From Eledone cirrhosa (Eukaryota): 64,000 bases of DNA. Both the position numbers and the translations under genes were made by a program. How positions within the stretch are numbered: position 1 is the first letter of the stretch; the number at the start of each line of letters is the position of its first letter. The notes beneath the pieces are model-generated. The model worked only from the letters and a program-made list of their open reading frames with translations. It ran no database searches and was not told where the DNA came from. Location of the stretch: the NCBI GenBank assembly GCA_964016885.1, contig OZ024751.1:48608001-48672000 (forward strand). The letters are read 5' to 3'. Shown here piece by piece: positions 57,720 through 64,000 of this stretch.

Positions 57720-57940
57720 TGCGCGAACGAAAAACACCCACCCTCCGCCTCAATTCTACTTTTGAAAAGCATTAGAACTGCGAAACCGGTAAAGGAACCA
57801 AATAAATATTCTTAAAAAGACTCCAGTTGCATTTTCGATTTCATCTTTTTTCCTTATACTTTCACTCGTGTAGGACATCTCGTTTTTTTTCATTTTGTAA
57901 GAAAAACCTCATTTTCTAATATATATATATATTTGTTAGA

Positions 57941-58134
57941 CTATATTATATGTGTTTGTGTCAATATTATATCTGTATTTTTGACCGTTGGTCAGTCAAT
58001 GGTAAACATTGAAGACCGAATAAATTAACTGATATAAAAGATACATAAGCGAAAAGCAACCAAACAGTGAGTGTGTTCTGTTATTAATTCTGGCAATATT
58101 ATTACAAAAATATGACCCTCCCCAAGTATAACAA
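57941..58134 (+). mobile_element. Solo 3'-terminal fragment of the Penelope-like pLTR
   Basis: Aligns to 27168-27374 and is followed by (AT)n. Confidence 0.82.
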
Positions 58135-58180
<46 letters not shown>

Positions 58181-58281
58181 CCCACATCTTACGTTAACTA
58201 TTTTTCCCATTTTGACGCTATAGTCACTTATATACTATGGAATGCTGTTCGCTTTTCGCTGCAGTGTTTTCTATACCTTTC

Positions 58282-58336
<55 letters not shown>

Positions 58337-58466
58337 TAGATATATATATGCATAGATATATATTATCATGTGCACTACCATATGTTCCATAAATATCTGT
58401 ATATTTATATAAGCAGAGGTACAATCTCTCGGCTACCCACTTTACATGTGTACAGACATATCTTTA

Positions 58467-58518
<52 letters not shown>

Positions 58519-59000
58519 TTAGAACACTGGAAGGTAATATCCGTAGTGGTAGAGCACTCAGTCCATGGGACGAGTTAGGTAGAAGTGGTTATACAACAGT
58601 TAGTTCGACCATGCCGAGAACAATTGTTTCACCGCTTAGCGGATCCTCAGCTCGTAAAGGGCAATGGTTATACGGAACAGGAAGGACATGCGGGAAAGTA
58701 ATGCGTAGTTACTGTGGGTTCACCCGGATGAGCACTCCATGTTTAGGTTCACGTCAGTATCGAGGTGTAGAGCTAGACAGAGTGCAATATGATAATACAA
58801 GGACGAATGGTTACTTCTTCATTACGTTTATTGGCTGGTGACGCGCGTTTCGTTTATTGATCAGCTCAAGGTTCTATCTGTATCGATCTAGCCCGACTCT
58901 GTAATCAATGATCGTCGGACCTCTCTATATATATATACAGATATTTAGAAAATGTGAAAGGTTGAGACAGAGAGGCGGGGAGATAGATATAGATAGATAT

Positions 59001-60606
59001 GTTTCTTTTATTTGCCACCAGGGCATCAAAAGTGGGACAAGTACAATGGGGGGAGTTTACAAAACAAGGCGTCCTCAATAGGGAGGAGGCAATAACAATA
59101 TATAAAAATAAAATAAAATATAACAAAAAATAGAATTATAACAAAATCCTCAATAGAGGATTTTGTTATAAAATATAACAAAAAATAAAATTTATAACAA
59201 AATCCTCAATAGACGAGGAGGCACCTTGGGGGGTCGCACACACCCCGAAAAAAGTGTGCAACCCTTTTCCTCAGGAGCACAGAGAGGGGGTGCTCCCTCG
59301 TTCCTTCCTCCTTTTCCACCTACAGGCTTATGTAAAGAGAAGGCCCATTCACACGGGCCATTCTCGCCACTTTCACCCACCTTTCATAAAAACGACTGGG
59401 GTGCAGCACCTCTCTCTCCATCCTGATCCTTCTTCCGAAATGATATCGGAAGAAACGGACCAGTTGTTGGCCAGAGAGAAAGGTGCCTGACCTCAGTCCT
59501 TTCAGACGCGTCCACCATACAACTTCTTTCACCATGGCTATTACACACAGAAACACCGCCTCTCCTTCATCTTTGAAGGGGGGAGGCGGCTTGATTATTA
59601 CAATAGACTCGGTGGTCAACCGGATCGGTCCCACCCTTGACAGCAGTTGTTCGACATAGCCCCACAGATCGGCTACGCCCGAGCAGTGTACCAATGCGTG
59701 TGCAACGGTTTCCTTGTCGCACACGCATCTGGGACAGATCTTTTTGGCGGGGTCCCTACCCGGGCGCCCGTGTCTGTAGAGCTTTTCTCGAACGGGTAGA
59801 GCCCCTCAGTAGCACTGCCAGGCCAGGGACTTCTGGAAGTTGTCCATAGGTCCTGGGCTGAATGTCCTACCGAACAGGCTGACCAGTTCGTCCTCCTCCA
59901 TGTCTAGGGCTTCTCCGAGGGCGTCGTCGCACCTGCTGCGTACCAGCCCTCTATAGAATGTTGCGGTGGAGTCTCCACTGATAACCGGATCCGCCTGCTA
60001 GAGGGCGGTGAGCGCCTGGGCACACTCAGTGTGCCAGGCGCCCAGTTTTCTCGGTCTTTGCTTGACCCAGGATTGCAGCTCGGTGAGTGAGACGAGTCTG
60101 GGAAAGGTTCGTCTCACAAACGAGGCCCACACTGGTTGACCGGTGAGGAATACGTAGAGGTGCCGTAGCCTTAATGCGTGTTTACGCATCATTAGCCACG
60201 GCATCCCCAGCCCTCCTTTCGAAGGGTGTTGACAGCAGATGGATCTCCTCACCATAGGAGCCCGCCTCTTCCAAAGGAATTGGAAGAGCGCGCGCTCCAT
60301 CTTGGTGAGGGTTTCCCTTGGGCAGGGCACTACGGTCAGGCGGAAGTAGATGACGGACGCTATATAGGTGTTCGCCACCTCCGCCCGACCTTTCAGGGAT
60401 AGTTTGCAACTGGCCCACTTCTGGGTCAGTGCAAACACCCTGTTCGTAACCTCCGCCCAGTTTTTCTCCACCTGGAGGTCCGGTCCGAACCAGACCCCGA
60501 GCAACTTCACCGGGCCCTCCGTCCAGCGTCCGACGACGCCATCGGAGGGCATCGGTCTGCCCCTCCACGTGCCGAGTTGCAAACCGATCGACTTGTCCCG
60601 GTTCAG
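59001..60606 (-). mobile_element. 5'-truncated Tx1/L1-clade LINE (RT C-terminus, Cys/His zinc motif, 3' UTR), disrupted by a stop near 59998
   Basis: LNRDKS..VKLLGVWF..LSLKGRAEVAN..FLW..GGLGMP, then CDKETVAHALVHC; GATA repeats at both junctions. Confidence 0.9.
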
Positions 60607-60632
60607 CTTAGAGATAGATAGATAGATAGAGA

Positions 60633-60708
<76 letters not shown>

Positions 60709-61364
60709 AAGAGAGAGAGAGAGAGGGAGGGAGATAGAGAGATAGAGAGAAAGAAGGAGAAAGTGACATAGTTTTGTAGATATGTGATTAGATTTGTAGT
60801 TCCTTTTTTGATGCACCGATATATTTTGTTAATCGTATAGTGAAAGGTTTGATATTGGTTACTTCTCAAATTCAAATATTGAGGAAATCTTTCGTTGTTA
60901 TTCTGTTGAGGTTATTTTTGTTCAATATTCACATTGTAGCCCAAATTAACCTGTTGTCTATTCCCTCAATCGAGTAAATATATACATTGCTTAATGGTAA
61001 CAAAAATATATAATAAAATAACACGAAATTGATACTTTTATTTGACTATTTTCTCCTCCACCATAATTATTTGTACTTAAGTCTTTTTTAAATTAAATAT
61101 GTTAACATTAACTTAACTATATATATATTTTGTTTTCTGTCAACCTTGTGTTATGTGTTTTGAATTTTTTTCTCAGAACAAAGCCTTAAATGTTTTAGAA
61201 ATAAACTTGGCCATGTTTATGACGAGGACTCGCCGTTAAAAGTACATATATTATTATGTTAAAACTTAAATTGATTTACAGATACATATGAGCTTTTCAT
61301 TTTCGTTTTTTGATTACGTTTGAGAAAACGTGCATAAATACGCACACACTCACACACACATATG

Positions 61365-61397
<33 letters not shown>

Positions 61398-61412
61398 ATG
61401 TATGTATATATT

Positions 61413-61483
<71 letters not shown>

Positions 61484-61695
61484 ATATATATATATACATT
61501 TATATATATGTATATATATATATTGATTCTTTATGGCATAAATAGGATTATAAGTAAATTTACTTTATCATAAATCAATTTATCTATAAGAATATAAAAA
61601 TAATAATAATATAAAACAACAGAATGTTTATTTAAAAGATCGTATATCAAAAAGATAATGTAAGTAATGTTGCAGGTGTACCTTAATCACATACC

Positions 61696-61771
<76 letters not shown>

Positions 61772-61990
61772 TTATATATATATATATATAATATGTGTAT
61801 TTTGAACGATGAAAATAAAACAAAAGTCAGATGTAGGTTGGTAAGTGTACTTCATTGTTTTACGATCGTTTCAGAGGATTGATTGGTCATGGTAAATCGA
61901 ATGATCGAATACCAGGCCGTGATTACGTCACCACCTAGTTTTACGGCCAATATTTATGATCAATCACTGCGTCTTTCTGAGTAAGAATGA

Positions 61991-62080
<90 letters not shown>

Positions 62081-62395
62081 TTGCGTGAGTGTGTGTTTGT
62101 GTGTGTGTGAAAATTAAACAGAAACAACAAACGTTCTTTCCTCTTCTCACTCTTTGTCTTTCTACTTTATCTTCTATTTCTAATTGTAGGTTTTGATGAA
62201 GGGTTCGTGTCCGAAACGTAAAGATTCGTTTCCGTTTATCTCAGCCGTTAAACTAACATATTTCTTCCGTGTAATGTGTCATTTATTTCAGTATTTCTAT
62301 TCACTTTTTACACACACACACATGTATATATAATTATGAATATATATATATATATATACATATCCCCCACCATATATACATATATATATACACAT

Positions 62396-62479
<84 letters not shown>

Positions 62480-62513
62480 ATACATAGATACATACATATA
62501 AAAACATACATAG

Positions 62514-62556
<43 letters not shown>

Positions 62557-62942
62557 CTTAGATACATACAAATATGTATATACGTCAGCTCAAATACAGT
62601 AATTATATCAGGGAGAGATCGAAGCATAGAATCTCTATCGCATGCAATTAACCTGAAAACGTGAATTTGATACACAATTAATTATTTGGCAGTTGACATA
62701 TTCATACATTTATTATTATTTACCTTAACAATTTCTGATTTAGTTATTCTAACAAGTTACGGAAGTTATTTATTAGTTAATTTAATAATATTGATTTAGT
62801 TATTACCACCAAGAACCTCATTAGCGTACGATTTCTGATCATGAAACTAACAATTTATTCCTGACATTTTCTAAACCCATTCAGTTTGCTTACAGCTCAC
62901 CTTAGTACGTTCATAGAATAATACCTCCCTCTATTCATCTCA

Positions 62943-63068
<126 letters not shown>

Positions 63069-63233
63069 ATATTTCCCCTCTCTCCCATCGCCATTACATT
63101 GCAGGTTGAAAGTTGCTTCATATATTTAAGGTGGTTTGATTAAATATTTCACGCATGTTCGATCTTTATTTCACATATATTTCGATATAAGGTTTCAATC
63201 GGTGATCGTAGAAGTCAATTTAAAACGATAAAG

Positions 63234-63322
<89 letters not shown>

Positions 63323-63432
63323 CCCACACACACATATATATATATTTATATATATATATATAATATATATTATAATCGGTTACTGCCCGACGACAAAGAT
63401 CTTCCCGTTGCGAGGGATAGTGGATAATATAA

Positions 63433-63464
<32 letters not shown>

Positions 63465-63467
63465 TAC

Positions 63468-63530
<63 letters not shown>

Positions 63531-63531
<1 letters not shown>

Positions 63532-63730
63532 TTTTAATATATATGAGATTCTACAGGACTAGAACTGTTTCATTCTTTAGAAATCATCAGGAATCGATTC
63601 CTGATGATTTCTAAAGAATGAAACAGTTCTAAGTCTCTGTAGAATCTCATCTATATTAAAACTGTTATACTCTGCTATGTATTGAGTACCTTACTTACTG
63701 TGGTTACCTCCGATTCAACCCGGAATAACG
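63531..63730. mobile_element. Fold-back element (arms 63531-63595 / 63596-63662, no loop) with back-to-back HHRs and a 3' tail, in (AT)n
   Basis: Apex caggaatc|gattcctg; (AT)n on both sides. Confidence 0.85.
63596..63646 (+). ncRNA. Type I hammerhead ribozyme (mirror copy 63547-63595 on -)
   Basis: Stem I gattc/gaatc, CTGATGA, stem II ttct-aa-agaa, GAAA, stem III ACAG/CTGT, cleavage triplet GUA. Confidence 0.8.
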
Positions 63731-63748
63731 TATATATATATATATATA

Positions 63749-63907
<159 letters not shown>

Positions 63908-64000
63908 ATATATACGTACATATTAGTAATAACCTATATACATATTTACACAGACACCCATACACGCATACCTATACATATATAACAGACGTTATCAGTT

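Noticed and set aside
58517-58905. Possible solo LTR (starts with TG, GC-richer island)
   Set aside because: No paired LTR, TSD, PBS or PPT; only a half-HHR motif was seen
59998-60816. 272-aa ORF as an intact gene
   Set aside because: The N-terminal ~70 aa are flank and (TC)n repeat; the remainder is a truncated LINE ORF2 ending in a premature stop

Overview
AT-rich, microsatellite-saturated eukaryotic DNA with no recognisable host gene. The SINE and microsatellite style suggests a cephalopod (Octopus-like) intergenic or intronic region, which is inference only. Nearly all listed ORFs are translations of simple repeats. Real coding remnants are retroelement-derived: a 5'-truncated and 5'-inverted Penelope-like element (PLE; RT plus C-terminal GIY-YIG, 25546-26992), Tx1/L1-type LINE pieces in (TATC)n, and CRE-, RTE- and CR1-like fragments. 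There are also tRNA-type SINEs and TTAA MITEs. The main hidden signal is a ribozyme-based, (AT)n-associated non-coding mobile system with three parts. (1) A near-perfect 300-bp tandem array with an inversion, carrying one minimal type I hammerhead ribozyme (HHR) per unit (retrozyme or pLTR-like). (2) At least six sequence-distinct short fold-back palindromes with intact or slightly decayed HHRs. (3) A ~190-bp family of 9 copies whose hairpin apex coincides with HHR stem II and whose two arms share copy-specific variants. All ribozyme calls come from manual pairing and none has been tested.
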